DNA of 64,000 nucleotides from Oscillospiraceae bacterium (GCA_902788995.1 CADAMO010000001.1:8746-72745), one strand, 5' to 3'; shown: positions 26,275-35,683, counted from the first letter of the stretch. Notes: generated by a model not told the origin, from the sequence alone. Translations and numbers: made by a program.

Positions 26275-26445
26275 ATGAAAAAGATCTGTAAAATAGTTGC
26301 TATCATTATTGCGATTGCCGCTGCGATCGCCGGTATTTATGTGGTTGTGACGAAGTTCATCAACAAGAAGCAGAGCGCTTCCGATGAGGAGAATTACGTT
26401 TCCTGCTCCTGTGAGGAGGACTTTACTTCCGAAAAAATAGGCTGA
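26275..26445 (+). CDS. Small membrane protein (56 aa), absent from the ORF track
   Basis: My translation: MKKICKIVAIIIAIAAAIAGIYVVVTKFINKKQSASDEENYVSCSCEEDFTSEKIG. One TM plus an acidic Cys-containing tail. Followed by a strong terminator. Confidence 0.5.
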   Translation: MKKICKIVAIIIAIAAAIAGIYVVVTKFINKKQSASDEENYVSCSCEEDFTSEKIG

Positions 26446-26519
26446 GCGGCGGTGTTTCCGCGCAAAGCCCTATATGCCTGTGAACGGCTCGCCGAGGCGG
26501 GCTTGGTCGAGGCATAAAG

Positions 26520-26550
26520 AAAAGACGGGTCCGCCGTCTTTTTTTGTTTT
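26520..26550 (+). terminator. Intrinsic terminator
   Basis: AAGACGG/CCGTCTT stem followed by TTTTTGTTTT. Confidence 0.75.
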
Positions 26551-26568
26551 CTGAATAGGAACAGAGGA

Positions 26569-28089
26569 ATGATGATAATGCGATATATGAAAAAACTGAC
26601 GGCGCTGCTGCTGTGCGCCGCGCTGCTGTTTGCCTGCTGTGTGCCGGCCTTCGCAGCGGATGCGCTGCCCGAGAGCGAGCACGACTATGCGAACAATCTG
26701 GAACAGCGTTGGGAGTACACCTATCCCGGCGAAGTCAAGGGCCTGTTCGTCACCTTTTCAGCGGATACGTGGGTGGAGGAGTACAGCGGATGGATCCGGA
26801 TCGACGACATCGTGGAGAACGGTGCGGTCACCGTCGGCGGCATGGAAAAGAACATCATTTTCCCCACGCTGAAAACCGGCGACGTGATCGTGATCTACGG
26901 TGAGAACGAACAGTACGTGGGCAGCTACCGGGGCGGCTCGCTGGCCGGCAAGACGGTTTTTGTGCCCGGCAGGTCTTTCTCCGTGGTGCTGATCACCGAC
27001 GGCTCGGTCACCGGCTACGGCTTCCGGGTGACGGCGGTGGAGCCCTGTCCGGACGACTACGTCCGGGAGATCACCTTCTGCCCCGGCGAAGGGCTCGAGC
27101 CGGTCACCGAAATCTTCACGGCGGATCAGACCGTGTATTTTGACGACCGGTATTATCAGCGCGACGGCCTTGCCTTCGTCGGCTGGTCCGCTGCTGAAAA
27201 CGGTCCTGTCGCCTTTGACGCCGACGGGGAAACCGTCGCCGCCGAGGTGCCCGCCACGCTTTACGGCGTGTGGGTCCCGCTGGCGCTGGGACGGGAGGAG
27301 GTCTTCTCCTTCTATAATTCAAGCTGGTATTTTGACGTGGACGATCAGGACCACTACTATATGACCGCGGAGGATTACCGCGCCATGCAGGAAAACCTGT
27401 TCAAAAACTTCGGCGTCGGACCCTATCCCACCCCCGTGGTCTCCATCGTGCTGGCAACCTACCGGGACTGGGATTTCGCCGGGTCCTGCTACGGCATGTC
27501 GGTGGTGACGGCGCTGCAGCACTACGGGCTGATCGATATCCTGCCCATGCAGAACGCCGCCTGCATGAACGACATGCAGCCGGACGAGGCGCTGATCAGC
27601 CTCATCAACTATTACCAGACCCAGACGGCCACCAGCTTTCCGGCGGAAAACAAGGCGCTGGTCAAGGGTTCGCCCAACATGCGCCAGCAGTTCCGCGACC
27701 TGTACCGCACCGTATCCGGGGGAAACATCGTGATCCTGACCTACTTCCGCGAGGGCATGAAGGAGATCACCGAGGCGCACGTGATCCTGCTGACGGGCTG
27801 CTACACCACGGCGGAGGGCGATCTGGCGTTTATCGTTTACGACTGCAACTCCGGCGACTATGAATCCGGCTGGTATGACGAGGTGTTCCGCGTGCCGGCG
27901 GGCGGCGACGCGGCGGTCTACGACGGCGACGTCATTGACGCGTTTTTCTGGACCGACGATTTCAGCCGCTTCCAATCCTTTGATATCAATAAAAAAGGCA
28001 CCCCGCTGGCGTGGTACCTTTCCTACTTCCGGCACGTGATCGAGGTGCTGGTCTCGTTTTTCCGGATGCTGAGCAATATCGGGAAATGA
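26569..28089 (+). CDS. Secreted protein with Listeria-Bacteroides-type repeat and a papain-like Cys/His motif
   Basis: Signal peptide ..CCVPAFA/ADA. FVGWSAAENGPVAFDADGETV repeat. FAGSCYGMSVV .. EAHVILLTGCY .. YDCNSGD resembles a Cys-His-Asp/Asn peptidase core. Start could be 26572 or 26578. Confidence 0.6.
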   Translation: MMIMRYMKKLTALLLCAALLFACCVPAFAADALPESEHDYANNLEQRWEYTYPGEVKGLFVTFSADTWVEEYSGWIRIDDIVENGAVTVGGMEKNIIFPTLKTGDVIVIYGENEQYVGSYRGGSLAGKTVFVPGRSFSVVLITDGSVTGYGFRVTAVEPCPDDYVREITFCPGEGLEPVTEIFTADQTVYFDDRYYQRDGLAFVGWSAAENGPVAFDADGETVAAEVPATLYGVWVPLALGREEVFSFYNSSWYFDVDDQDHYYMTAEDYRAMQENLFKNFGVGPYPTPVVSIVLATYRDWDFAGSCYGMSVVTALQHYGLIDILPMQNAACMNDMQPDEALISLINYYQTQTATSFPAENKALVKGSPNMRQQFRDLYRTVSGGNIVILTYFREGMKEITEAHVILLTGCYTTAEGDLAFIVYDCNSGDYESGWYDEVFRVPAGGDAAVYDGDVIDAFFWTDDFSRFQSFDINKKGTPLAWYLSYFRHVIEVLVSFFRMLSNIGK

Positions 28090-28094
28090 GAAAA

Positions 28095-28129
28095 GATGAA
28101 AGATGAAAGATGAGAGATGAGAGATGAGA
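28095..28129. repeat. Heptad array, left arm of cassette I1
   Basis: GATGAAA GATGAAA GATGAGA GATGAGA GATGAGA, five tandem 7-mers starting 6 nt after the stop at 28087-89. Confidence 0.9.
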
Positions 28130-28131
28130 GC

Positions 28132-28217
28132 CGGAGCGCGGGTCTCCAGTGGAGACCTCTGCCGAAGGCAGAAGCGTCGACCGAGGCGGCAGCCGAGACC
28201 CTGCGGCCGGCGTTTTA
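28132..28217 (+). repeat. Conserved structured element R1, copy B (with closing stem)
   Basis: Core 28138-28200 is 59/63 identical to copy A. GCCGG..GCG..GGGTCTC at the 5' end can pair with GAGACCC..GCG..CCGGC at the 3' end. A GNRA hairpin ATGGGC-GAAA-GCCCAT follows at 28226-28241. Confidence 0.7.
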
Positions 28218-28246
28218 TAATGGGTATGGGCGAAAGCCCATCCGTT

Positions 28247-28279
28247 TTTCATCATTCCGCTTTCATCTTTCCTCTTTCG
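28247..28279. repeat. Heptad array, right arm of cassette I1
   Basis: TTTCATC ATTCCGC TTTCATC TTTCCTC TTTCG.., complementary in register to the left arm (12-nt perfect GAAAGATGAAAG match). It ends at the tcdA stop codon. Confidence 0.85.
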
Positions 28280-28987
28280 TTAACGTCCGATCAGGGCGTT
28301 GACCACATACTCCGCGATGCGCAGGCCTGCGGCGGAGGGAATAAAACTGATGCTGGACGGGGGCGTTTTGCCTCCGTCTTCTTTGATATCGTACTGCGGC
28401 GGCGCCGGGGGATCGGGGGAGTAGAGCACCGTGACCTTTTTCAGCCCCGCCTCTTTATATTTCCGGCGCATCACCCGGCACAGGGGGCAGTATTCCGTCT
28501 GGTTGATGTCGGCGATGCGGAAGCCGTCGGACCGCAGCTTCCGGCCCGTGCCCATGGCGGCGATCAGCGGAACGTTCTCCGCCGCGCATTTCACCGCGAT
28601 GGCGGTCTTGGCCCTCGTGTCGTCGATGGCGTCCACACAGAAGTCGTAGGACCCTTCAAAAAAGCCGTCAACGTTTTCCGGCGTCACAAAGGCGGCCGCC
28701 GTGCGCACGGCGCAGTCCGGGGCGATGTCCAGCACCCTGGCGGCGGCCACGTCGGTTTTGTGCTGCCCTACGGTGGAATGCAGCGCGTAGAGCTGCCGGT
28801 TGATGTTGGAGAGGGCCACCGTGTCGCCGTCCACCAGCGTCAGCGCGCCCACGCCCGCCCGGGCCAGCGCCTCCACCACGTAGGAGCCTACGCCCCCCAG
28901 ACCGAAGACGATCACGCGGGCGCGCAGCAGCTTGTTCAGATTGTCCTCGCCCAGCAGGGCGGCGGTGCGGCGGTGTTCCTCTTTCAT
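28280..28987 (-). CDS. tcdA: tRNA threonylcarbamoyladenosine dehydratase (ThiF/E1-like)
   Basis: RVIVFGLGGVGSYVVEALARAGVGALTLVDGDTVALSNINRQ and the TcdA/CsdL-like length. Confidence 0.85.
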   Translation of the reverse strand: MKEEHRRTAALLGEDNLNKLLRARVIVFGLGGVGSYVVEALARAGVGALTLVDGDTVALSNINRQLYALHSTVGQHKTDVAAARVLDIAPDCAVRTAAAFVTPENVDGFFEGSYDFCVDAIDDTRAKTAIAVKCAAENVPLIAAMGTGRKLRSDGFRIADINQTEYCPLCRVMRRKYKEAGLKKVTVLYSPDPPAPPQYDIKEDGGKTPPSSISFIPSAAGLRIAEYVVNALIGR

Positions 28988-30591
28988 TGCGCGGCCTCCT
29001 CCGTCACCCGTTCCCGGAAGGCCAGGAACCGTTCGTTGTCCATGGGGTAACAGGTGAAGCTGATCTCGCCCAGCTCTTCTTCAATGACCTTGAGAACGTG
29101 TTCCCGGGAGGTCTTCGCCTCCAGCGCCTTCAACGCGGCCACGTCCTGAAGGGCGTCGAAGAACACCTTCTGCCGCAGGGAGGGCAGCGGCTCGCCGTCT
29201 TTGCCGGGGTAGACCACGAAGGCGTCCCCCGCCGGGAAGGCCCCTCCCGCGTCCGTCTCTTTGAAGGGATCCACGGGGCGGCGGGAGAGCTGCGTATAAT
29301 AGAAGTTATACCCCCACTGCAAAAAGCCGTCGCAGTCATACCGGTACAGCAGCGTGCCGAGAATGCGGTTGCGGATGGAGGGGAAGGCGATGAAGCGGTT
29401 GGGCAGCTCGTCGTTGTACTGCCCGCAGCAGTAATAGGTCCAGAGCTTGGGCACGTTGCCCGCAAAGGTTGGCGCCGCCTGAAGGCTGGGCACCGGCGTG
29501 CCGATCAGCCCCTCTTTGTAGAAATCATAGTCGGAGATGGCGTCGATGTGCTCGTAGGCGCGAAAGTATTCGTGCAGCGTGGCCGCGGTGCGGCGGTAGC
29601 GGGGCAGGTCCTTCAGCCCCGGCTCATCCGAGCAGTGGACGAGGCAGCGGTCCGTGATCCCTTTTTGGTCGGTATAGTCTTTGAACGCTGCGCCGAACTG
29701 CCGCAGAAAGCTGGTGTACCCCTGTGAAACGGAGTCGTTCTCCCAGCCGAAAATACGGCGGTAGCCTGCGGAGGTCTGCGCCATGATCTTCGGCGCGTGG
29801 CGCGCCCCCCACTGGGTGAAGAAATGGGAGATCTCGAAATACGATATCCCGCAGCGGCGCGCCGTGTCGATCCAGCGGTCCAGCTTGTCAAAGCCGAAGG
29901 TGTAGGTATAGCCCTTTTTGGTTACGTCCACCAGCTGTACGGTGGGGCGCTCGCCCCCTTCCTCCGTATCCAGCGGCGGCGTGAATACGGGCGTCAGCAG
30001 CACGTTGACCCCGTGGGCGGCGGCGTTGCGCATGAAGCTCTCCACGATCCGCCAGTAGTCCTCGCTGAAAACCTCCACGCCGTAATAGGTCGCAAGACAA
30101 TCGGAATGGAACCAGTTGACGTGGCGCAGCGTCTGGGGCGGCAGCGCCGTCGGCGAGACCTTGACGGCCGCCTTTGCGCAGACGGTCTCTGTCCCCTCCG
30201 CCGCCGTCAGCGTCACGGCGTGGTCGCCCGCCTTTTCGCCGGTGAATTCCGCCCACAGCACGGCGGGCACCCCGGCTTTGACCGTCAGCTCCCCCTCAAA
30301 GGGCGTCAGCAGGTCGGGATAGTCGCCGCTTTTTCCTTCGTTCAACAGGGTGCAGTTGCGGGCGTTTTCATAGATCGCCAGCCCCACGGGCACCTCCTGC
30401 ACCGCAAAAAGGCGGCAGGGGAGCGGGCTGTCGGCATTGACCGTCAGACGGACGTCTTCCTCCGAAACGAAGACGAACTGCAGGCTGCCGCGTTCCCCCC
30501 GCAGCAGCGCAAGACGCCCATGGGGAGCCGGCAGCGGCGCGCCGGGAAAAATTTTTTCAAGTGAAGACAGAATTGTTACCCGAACGGACAT
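28984..30591 (-). CDS. DUF4091 domain protein (putative glycoside hydrolase-like)
   Basis: ATG at 30591 preceded by GGGAGGGG. Overlaps tcdA by 4 nt. The family call is from overall sequence recollection. The listed start at 30672 lacks an SD. Confidence 0.6.
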   Translation of the reverse strand: MSVRVTILSSLEKIFPGAPLPAPHGRLALLRGERGSLQFVFVSEEDVRLTVNADSPLPCRLFAVQEVPVGLAIYENARNCTLLNEGKSGDYPDLLTPFEGELTVKAGVPAVLWAEFTGEKAGDHAVTLTAAEGTETVCAKAAVKVSPTALPPQTLRHVNWFHSDCLATYYGVEVFSEDYWRIVESFMRNAAAHGVNVLLTPVFTPPLDTEEGGERPTVQLVDVTKKGYTYTFGFDKLDRWIDTARRCGISYFEISHFFTQWGARHAPKIMAQTSAGYRRIFGWENDSVSQGYTSFLRQFGAAFKDYTDQKGITDRCLVHCSDEPGLKDLPRYRRTAATLHEYFRAYEHIDAISDYDFYKEGLIGTPVPSLQAAPTFAGNVPKLWTYYCCGQYNDELPNRFIAFPSIRNRILGTLLYRYDCDGFLQWGYNFYYTQLSRRPVDPFKETDAGGAFPAGDAFVVYPGKDGEPLPSLRQKVFFDALQDVAALKALEAKTSREHVLKVIEEELGEISFTCYPMDNERFLAFRERVTEEAAQ

Positions 30592-30776
30592 AAAATCCCC
30601 TCCCGTGTCTGATTTTGTCGGAAATATCTCAATTGAAAAGGGTTGTTCATCAATAAAATACAACAAATTCACAGATTATGCAAATAGTTTTTAACTCTTT
30701 TTCAAAAACGGAAAAGTGCACAAAAAAAGCGAAAAAAAATCTATGTTCCGCCCGCTTTGCCACGGGGGCAAAGCTG

Positions 30777-30805
30777 TTGACATTGCGCCGGAAATCATTT
30801 ATAAT
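30777..30805 (+). promoter_or_regulatory. Consensus sigma-A promoter
   Basis: TTGACA (30777-82), 17-nt spacer, TATAAT (30800-05), 47 nt upstream of ATG 30853. Confidence 0.75.
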
Positions 30806-30852
30806 AACCATGAATAAGAATACTGTTTTTTATAAAACAGGAGGTGCATGGA

Positions 30853-32232
30853 ATGAAAAAAATCCTATCCCTGCTGCTGGCTGCCGTCATGATGTTCGGC
30901 GTTCTGCCGGTGGCAGTGCTGGCGGCGGACGCCGCGCCGGTGGAAATCAACGCCGAAACGTATGCGGACAGCGCTTCCGTTACGCTGGGCGGCGGTAAAA
31001 ACTATAAGCTGCTCGCGGGCGAGCGGGCCGTGATCGAGGCCGGCCAGACCTGGACGGTCAGCGCCGGTTCCACGCTTTACGTGTACGGTTATCTCGACGT
31101 CAAGGGCACGCTGACCGTCAACGGTTACGTGACCGCCATCGACAGCGGCGAGGTGACCGCGAAATGCTGGTCCGACGACAACGGCGTCACCTATCAGTAC
31201 GGCAAGATCGTCAATTCCGCCAACGTCTGCGGCAACGAGACGGAGACGGCCAAGCGTTATTTTGCGGAGGTCTATATCCCCGCCGTAACGAAATATGCGG
31301 GCTTCAGCGACGCGTCCCATAAGCTGCGGGTCAGATACCTCACGTCCAGAACGGGCAGCGAGTTCGACTACCTCCTTTCCGATCTGTATTATGAGCGCCT
31401 GCAGAGCATGCCCGGCGACAACGATCCCCGTGAGCCCAAGTGGTATTTCGCCGACGTCTATTCCTCGGGAGATTACAATGCGTCGACCGGTATGCTGCGG
31501 GTCCCGCTGAACCAGTATCTGTATCTGACGTTTGATTTCCTGGCGGGCGGCGTCCCCACGAAAAAATACGACGGCGACAGAATGGCGATCCTCTTCAACC
31601 GCGCCGCCATCACGTCTGAACAGGGCGTCTGCACCCGTCTGATCGATTCTGCCGGCGCAGTCGATTTTCTGCCCAAGGCGCTTCTCGGGGTCTCAGGCGC
31701 TTCTTATGAAACGTGGAAGGATAGTTATTTTCTGCGTCAGGAGCGGATCTATATCCCCACCGGCGAGGGTTATTCCGCTTTCGGCGTCAACGGCGAGATC
31801 AGCGCGGACGATCAGACGGTGCGTCTCAACTACGGCGACGAGTTCCTGTTCCGGGTGACGATCGACGACAAGTATTCCGATTCGGCCTATTCCGTCTATC
31901 TGGTGCAGAGCTACCGCTGGAATGAGCGCAACCATGAGGATACGCTGGAAGCGCTGGCGGATGAGATCTATATTGACGACGCCGGCAATCCCCAGCATTT
32001 CGTCTGGAAGTTTGAGGAATATAAGGACGGCGCGCAGCAGAAGGCATATGTTGATCCCTACGGCGTTTACCACATTGCCGAGGTGGACGACGAATACACC
32101 ATCGTGGTGACGGGCGTGGCCAGCAACGACGCCATTTCCCTTTCCGCCAATATCATGGATACTATCCGCAACATTCTCAACGCCATCAAACAGTTCTTTG
32201 AGCGCGTCCGTCAGATGCTCGGCCTTGCCTGA
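30853..32232 (+). CDS. Secreted protein of unknown function (paralog 1) with C-terminal amphipathic helix
   Basis: AGGAGG lies 8 nt before ATG 30853. Signal peptide ..LPVAVLA/ADA. Shares IYIPTGEGY.., ..YGDEFLFRVTIDD.. and the C-terminal IMDTIRNILNAIKQFFERVRQML segment with the next gene. Confidence 0.85.
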   Translation: MKKILSLLLAAVMMFGVLPVAVLAADAAPVEINAETYADSASVTLGGGKNYKLLAGERAVIEAGQTWTVSAGSTLYVYGYLDVKGTLTVNGYVTAIDSGEVTAKCWSDDNGVTYQYGKIVNSANVCGNETETAKRYFAEVYIPAVTKYAGFSDASHKLRVRYLTSRTGSEFDYLLSDLYYERLQSMPGDNDPREPKWYFADVYSSGDYNASTGMLRVPLNQYLYLTFDFLAGGVPTKKYDGDRMAILFNRAAITSEQGVCTRLIDSAGAVDFLPKALLGVSGASYETWKDSYFLRQERIYIPTGEGYSAFGVNGEISADDQTVRLNYGDEFLFRVTIDDKYSDSAYSVYLVQSYRWNERNHEDTLEALADEIYIDDAGNPQHFVWKFEEYKDGAQQKAYVDPYGVYHIAEVDDEYTIVVTGVASNDAISLSANIMDTIRNILNAIKQFFERVRQMLGLA

Positions 32233-32279
32233 TCGGGCAGACGGATCATACAATTGATTATATTATGGAGGCTAATAAA

Positions 32280-33443
32280 ATGAAAAAAGTTATATCTGTA
32301 TTTCTGGCGGTTCTGATGATCGCCTGCTGCGTGCCGGTTTCGGTCTTTGCGGCTTCCTCTTCGGAGACCTTTAACGCCAGCGCGAACTTTACCTCTTCCA
32401 ATCAGCTTTTGTCTGACGTGGAATATATTATTCCCAATGGCGTCACCATGACCGTCCCGTCCAATCTGACCCTGTATATCCCTGCGCATGCCCGTCTGAC
32501 GGTCAGCGAGGGCGGCAAACTGAACGTGCTGGGCTCCATCGTGATCATGGATTTCGGCGAGCTGTATGCCGCCGGTATTATTGACCACGGCAGCAATATC
32601 GAGGTGGCCAAAAATGCGGATAACGCGGCGGCGATGGTGCAGATGCGCTATCCCGATCTGAACGACGACGCTGTAAAGCTGGCCGACAAAATCACCGTCA
32701 AGTTCAGCTATGACGGTGCGGAGGAACAGACGGTTCCGGTGGGCGGCGGCTCCTATTATGTCCCGCTGAACAAGGAGATCAAGATCGACGCGCACATTAT
32801 CGAGCCGACGGCGAATCTTCCTGCCAGCCAGCAGCGCGACAAGTTTGACGATTCTCTGCTGAAGATCAAGTTCAATAACGTGGGCCTTTCCTATGTGGCC
32901 GGTGCCAAGGCGGATACCGGCTATTTCACCACGACGGCCACCACCGGCGGCGATATCACCTTTGCCAAGTGGACCAACGATAACGACTTCCTGACCACCA
33001 AGCGCATCGTTCTTCCCTCCGGCGAGGGCTACGAAGTGCTGCCCCGCTTCCCCGATAAGGTGCAGAGAACGGAAGACGGCACCATCGTCGTCAAATACGG
33101 CGAGCCCTTCTCCTTCTACGTGGATCTGGATGAAGCCTATGATATGTCCAACTATGAGGTCTATATCTACAACGGCTACGGCTGGCTGAATCTCGGCGAA
33201 GAGAATCAGGAGACCGGCGATCTCGAAATCGGCAAGCTCCGCGCGGAGCCGGACGCCAACGGCTACTTCAACGTCTCCCAGGTGACGGGCGACCTCACCA
33301 TCTCCGTGCAGGGCGTCATGAAGAACGCCACCATCAACCTGATCGGTAACCTGCTGGAGACCTTCAGAAACATCTTCAATATGCTCAAGGAATTCATCGA
33401 GAGCCTGAAGGATCTGTTCAGCGGTTTTTCCAACAACGGTTAA
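32280..33443 (+). CDS. Secreted protein of unknown function (paralog 2) with C-terminal amphipathic helix
   Basis: GGAGG lies 9 nt before ATG 32280. Signal peptide ..VPVSVFA/ASS. IVLPSGEGY.., ..YGEPFSFYVDLDE.., C-terminal LIGNLLETFRNIFNMLKEFIESLKDLF. Confidence 0.85.
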   Translation: MKKVISVFLAVLMIACCVPVSVFAASSSETFNASANFTSSNQLLSDVEYIIPNGVTMTVPSNLTLYIPAHARLTVSEGGKLNVLGSIVIMDFGELYAAGIIDHGSNIEVAKNADNAAAMVQMRYPDLNDDAVKLADKITVKFSYDGAEEQTVPVGGGSYYVPLNKEIKIDAHIIEPTANLPASQQRDKFDDSLLKIKFNNVGLSYVAGAKADTGYFTTTATTGGDITFAKWTNDNDFLTTKRIVLPSGEGYEVLPRFPDKVQRTEDGTIVVKYGEPFSFYVDLDEAYDMSNYEVYIYNGYGWLNLGEENQETGDLEIGKLRAEPDANGYFNVSQVTGDLTISVQGVMKNATINLIGNLLETFRNIFNMLKEFIESLKDLFSGFSNNG

Positions 33444-33741
33444 GTGAAGAAACAGCTGTGCAATAGGACAGGATGAAGCGCAAGCAAGGCGCGCGGCTGC
33501 ATTCGTGCGGCGATGCCTTCCATCTCATGTCCGTCAGCGCAAGCTGCAATACGCCCTGCCGCCACCCGGCGGCGGGGCGATTTCCGTTTTCAGTCCTCTT
33601 TAAGGTGCTTTTAAGCGCCCTGTGCCATGATGAAACCGCAGCGGACCGGCGACGGTCAGAAAGCCGGTCGGCGAAATCGTTTCGCGCTGCGCGGCGCGCA
33701 TCCGGCTGATCCGGCGCCGCCAATAAAATAGAAAAAACAGC

Positions 33742-33770
33742 TTGATTTTACAGTAATAATAATATATAAT
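33742..33770 (+). promoter_or_regulatory. Sigma-A promoter
   Basis: TTGATT (33742-47), 17-nt spacer, TATAAT (33765-70) in an AT-rich island, 96 nt upstream of ATG 33867. Confidence 0.7.
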
Positions 33771-33866
33771 AATTATTACGCTGTAACGATCTATTTCACA
33801 GAAAGGATTGCGGGGCGCAGCCCGACATTTCAACGAGGGTGGGCGGAGCGCCGCAAGGCAAGAGTA

Positions 33867-34955
33867 ATGAGAAAAATGGTTTTTGCAATCGTTGCAATCG
33901 TGGTGATCGGGCTGCTGGTGTTTGCCGGCTGCGTGAACTTCACCAAGGAGATCGACGTGCCCGGCTCCTCCGACGAGCTGGCGCTGGATGAATATGAAAC
34001 GCTGATTGCATCCGCCATGGACGTTCCCGTGACCAACGCGGCGGGCGAACAGGTGACGAACGAGGCCGGTGAGGTGCTCACCACCAGCGTGCTGGTGGAA
34101 GAGATGAACGTCCCTGTGACCAACGCGGCGGGCGAGGCCGTGACCGACGCCTCCGGCGAGCAGCAGACCACCAAGGTTTACGTGGATAAGGAATCCGGCA
34201 GGGTCGTCACCGGCGAGGTGAAGACCACGCAGGTTTACCGCGACAAGAACACCGGCGAGATCGTTGCCACCACAAAAGCGGCGAATCAGCAAACCCCCGG
34301 CGGTGCGACCACGCCCACGCTGGCGCCCAACGAGCTGAGCACGACGCAGCCCGCGCAGCCCGCCAATACCGACGCCAATGAGTTTGACTTCCTCAGAAGC
34401 GGTAACTTCTATATTCAGGGCACCATGACCGATTCCTCCGGTCAGAGCCTGCCGCTGGAAATGGCCGTGACCGCCAACAGCGTGTATATGCTTTCCAACT
34501 TTGAAGGCGCCGCCATGGGCATGCTGATCAACAACGGCACCACCTATATGATCTATCCGGCCCAGAAGGCCTATCTGGAGCTCAACGCCACCGTGCTGAA
34601 GGCCATGGGCATGAACACCACCGACCTCATCAGCTCCGCGGATCTGGACTATTCCCAGTATGAGCTGGCCAATGCGGATTCCACCACGAAGGAAACCGTC
34701 AACGGCGCCGAGTGCACGGTGTACGTTTACAACAATTCCTCCGGCTCCACCCGGTTCTTCATGAACGGCAACAAGCTGGTTCGCTTTGCCACCTATGACG
34801 CCAACGGCAATCCGGATACGGTCAACGATATCGGCTATATCACCAACCAGGTGCCTGCCGACAAGATCAATCCTCCCGCCGATTATAAGGAGTACAAGGG
34901 CATCACCGGCATGTTCAGCTTCATCAGCCTGTTGGGCGACGTGATCGGCGAATAA
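33867..34955 (+). CDS. Lipoprotein with tandem VPVTNAAGE-type repeats
   Basis: Lipobox LLVFAGC. Repeated DVPVTNAAGEQVTNEAGEVLTT / NVPVTNAAGEAVTDASGEQQTT. C-terminal globular domain. Confidence 0.8.
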   Translation: MRKMVFAIVAIVVIGLLVFAGCVNFTKEIDVPGSSDELALDEYETLIASAMDVPVTNAAGEQVTNEAGEVLTTSVLVEEMNVPVTNAAGEAVTDASGEQQTTKVYVDKESGRVVTGEVKTTQVYRDKNTGEIVATTKAANQQTPGGATTPTLAPNELSTTQPAQPANTDANEFDFLRSGNFYIQGTMTDSSGQSLPLEMAVTANSVYMLSNFEGAAMGMLINNGTTYMIYPAQKAYLELNATVLKAMGMNTTDLISSADLDYSQYELANADSTTKETVNGAECTVYVYNNSSGSTRFFMNGNKLVRFATYDANGNPDTVNDIGYITNQVPADKINPPADYKEYKGITGMFSFISLLGDVIGE

Positions 34956-35683
34956 TGCGGACCGCGATCGTGACGGGCGGCGCAAAAGGCATTGGCGCCG
35001 CCGCCGTCAGACTCCTGTGCGAACAGGGTTTTTGCACAGCGATCAACTATCATACGTCAGAGGAAAAGGCGCTTGCCCTTTCCTCTTTCCTTGTTTCAAA
35101 GGGGTACGACGCCTTCCCCGTCAAGGCGGACGTGACCGATCCCGCGCAGGTGCGGGAAATGGTAGAAACGGTATTATCCCGCAGCAATTCCATCGACGTG
35201 CTCGTCAACAACGCCGGAATTGACCATTGGCAGCTGTTCGATACCGTCACCGACGAACAATGGCGGCGCGTGATCGACGCGGACCTGACCGGCGCGTTCA
35301 ACTGCTGCCGGGAGGTCCTTCCCGTCATGGTGAGGCAAAAATACGGCCGCATCGTCAACGTGGCCTCCGTCTGGGGGCAGGTGGGCGCTTCCTGCGAGGC
35401 GGTCTATTCCGCCGCCAAGGCAGGCGTCATCGGGCTGACCAAGGCGCTGGCCAAAGAGGCGGCCCTCAGCGGCGTCACCGTCAACTGCGTCTCTCCGGGG
35501 GCCATCGCCACGGATATGATGCGCCGGTTCAGCGAAGCGGAGATTTCCGCCTTCTGTGAAGAGGTGCCCATGGGGCGGCTCGGCACGCCGGAGGAAGCGG
35601 CAAGTGCCATCGCGTTTTTTGCCTCCGAAGAGGCGTCCTATATCACCGGTCAGGTGCTGGGCGTCAACGGGGGCATGGTGTAG
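34955..35683 (+). CDS. SDR family oxidoreductase (FabG-like 3-oxoacyl-ACP reductase)
   Basis: TGGAKGIG, NNAG and YSAAK motifs. Its TAG stop (35681-83) lies inside a REP-like unit. Confidence 0.88.
   Translation: MRTAIVTGGAKGIGAAAVRLLCEQGFCTAINYHTSEEKALALSSFLVSKGYDAFPVKADVTDPAQVREMVETVLSRSNSIDVLVNNAGIDHWQLFDTVTDEQWRRVIDADLTGAFNCCREVLPVMVRQKYGRIVNVASVWGQVGASCEAVYSAAKAGVIGLTKALAKEAALSGVTVNCVSPGAIATDMMRRFSEAEISAFCEEVPMGRLGTPEEAASAIAFFASEEASYITGQVLGVNGGMV

Noticed and set aside
28141-28200. GGTCTC/GAGACC (BsaI/Eco31I-type recognition sequence) clustering as a restriction-modification related signal.
   Set aside because: The sites are explained by the hairpin stems of the R1 element, and no restriction or methylase genes are nearby.
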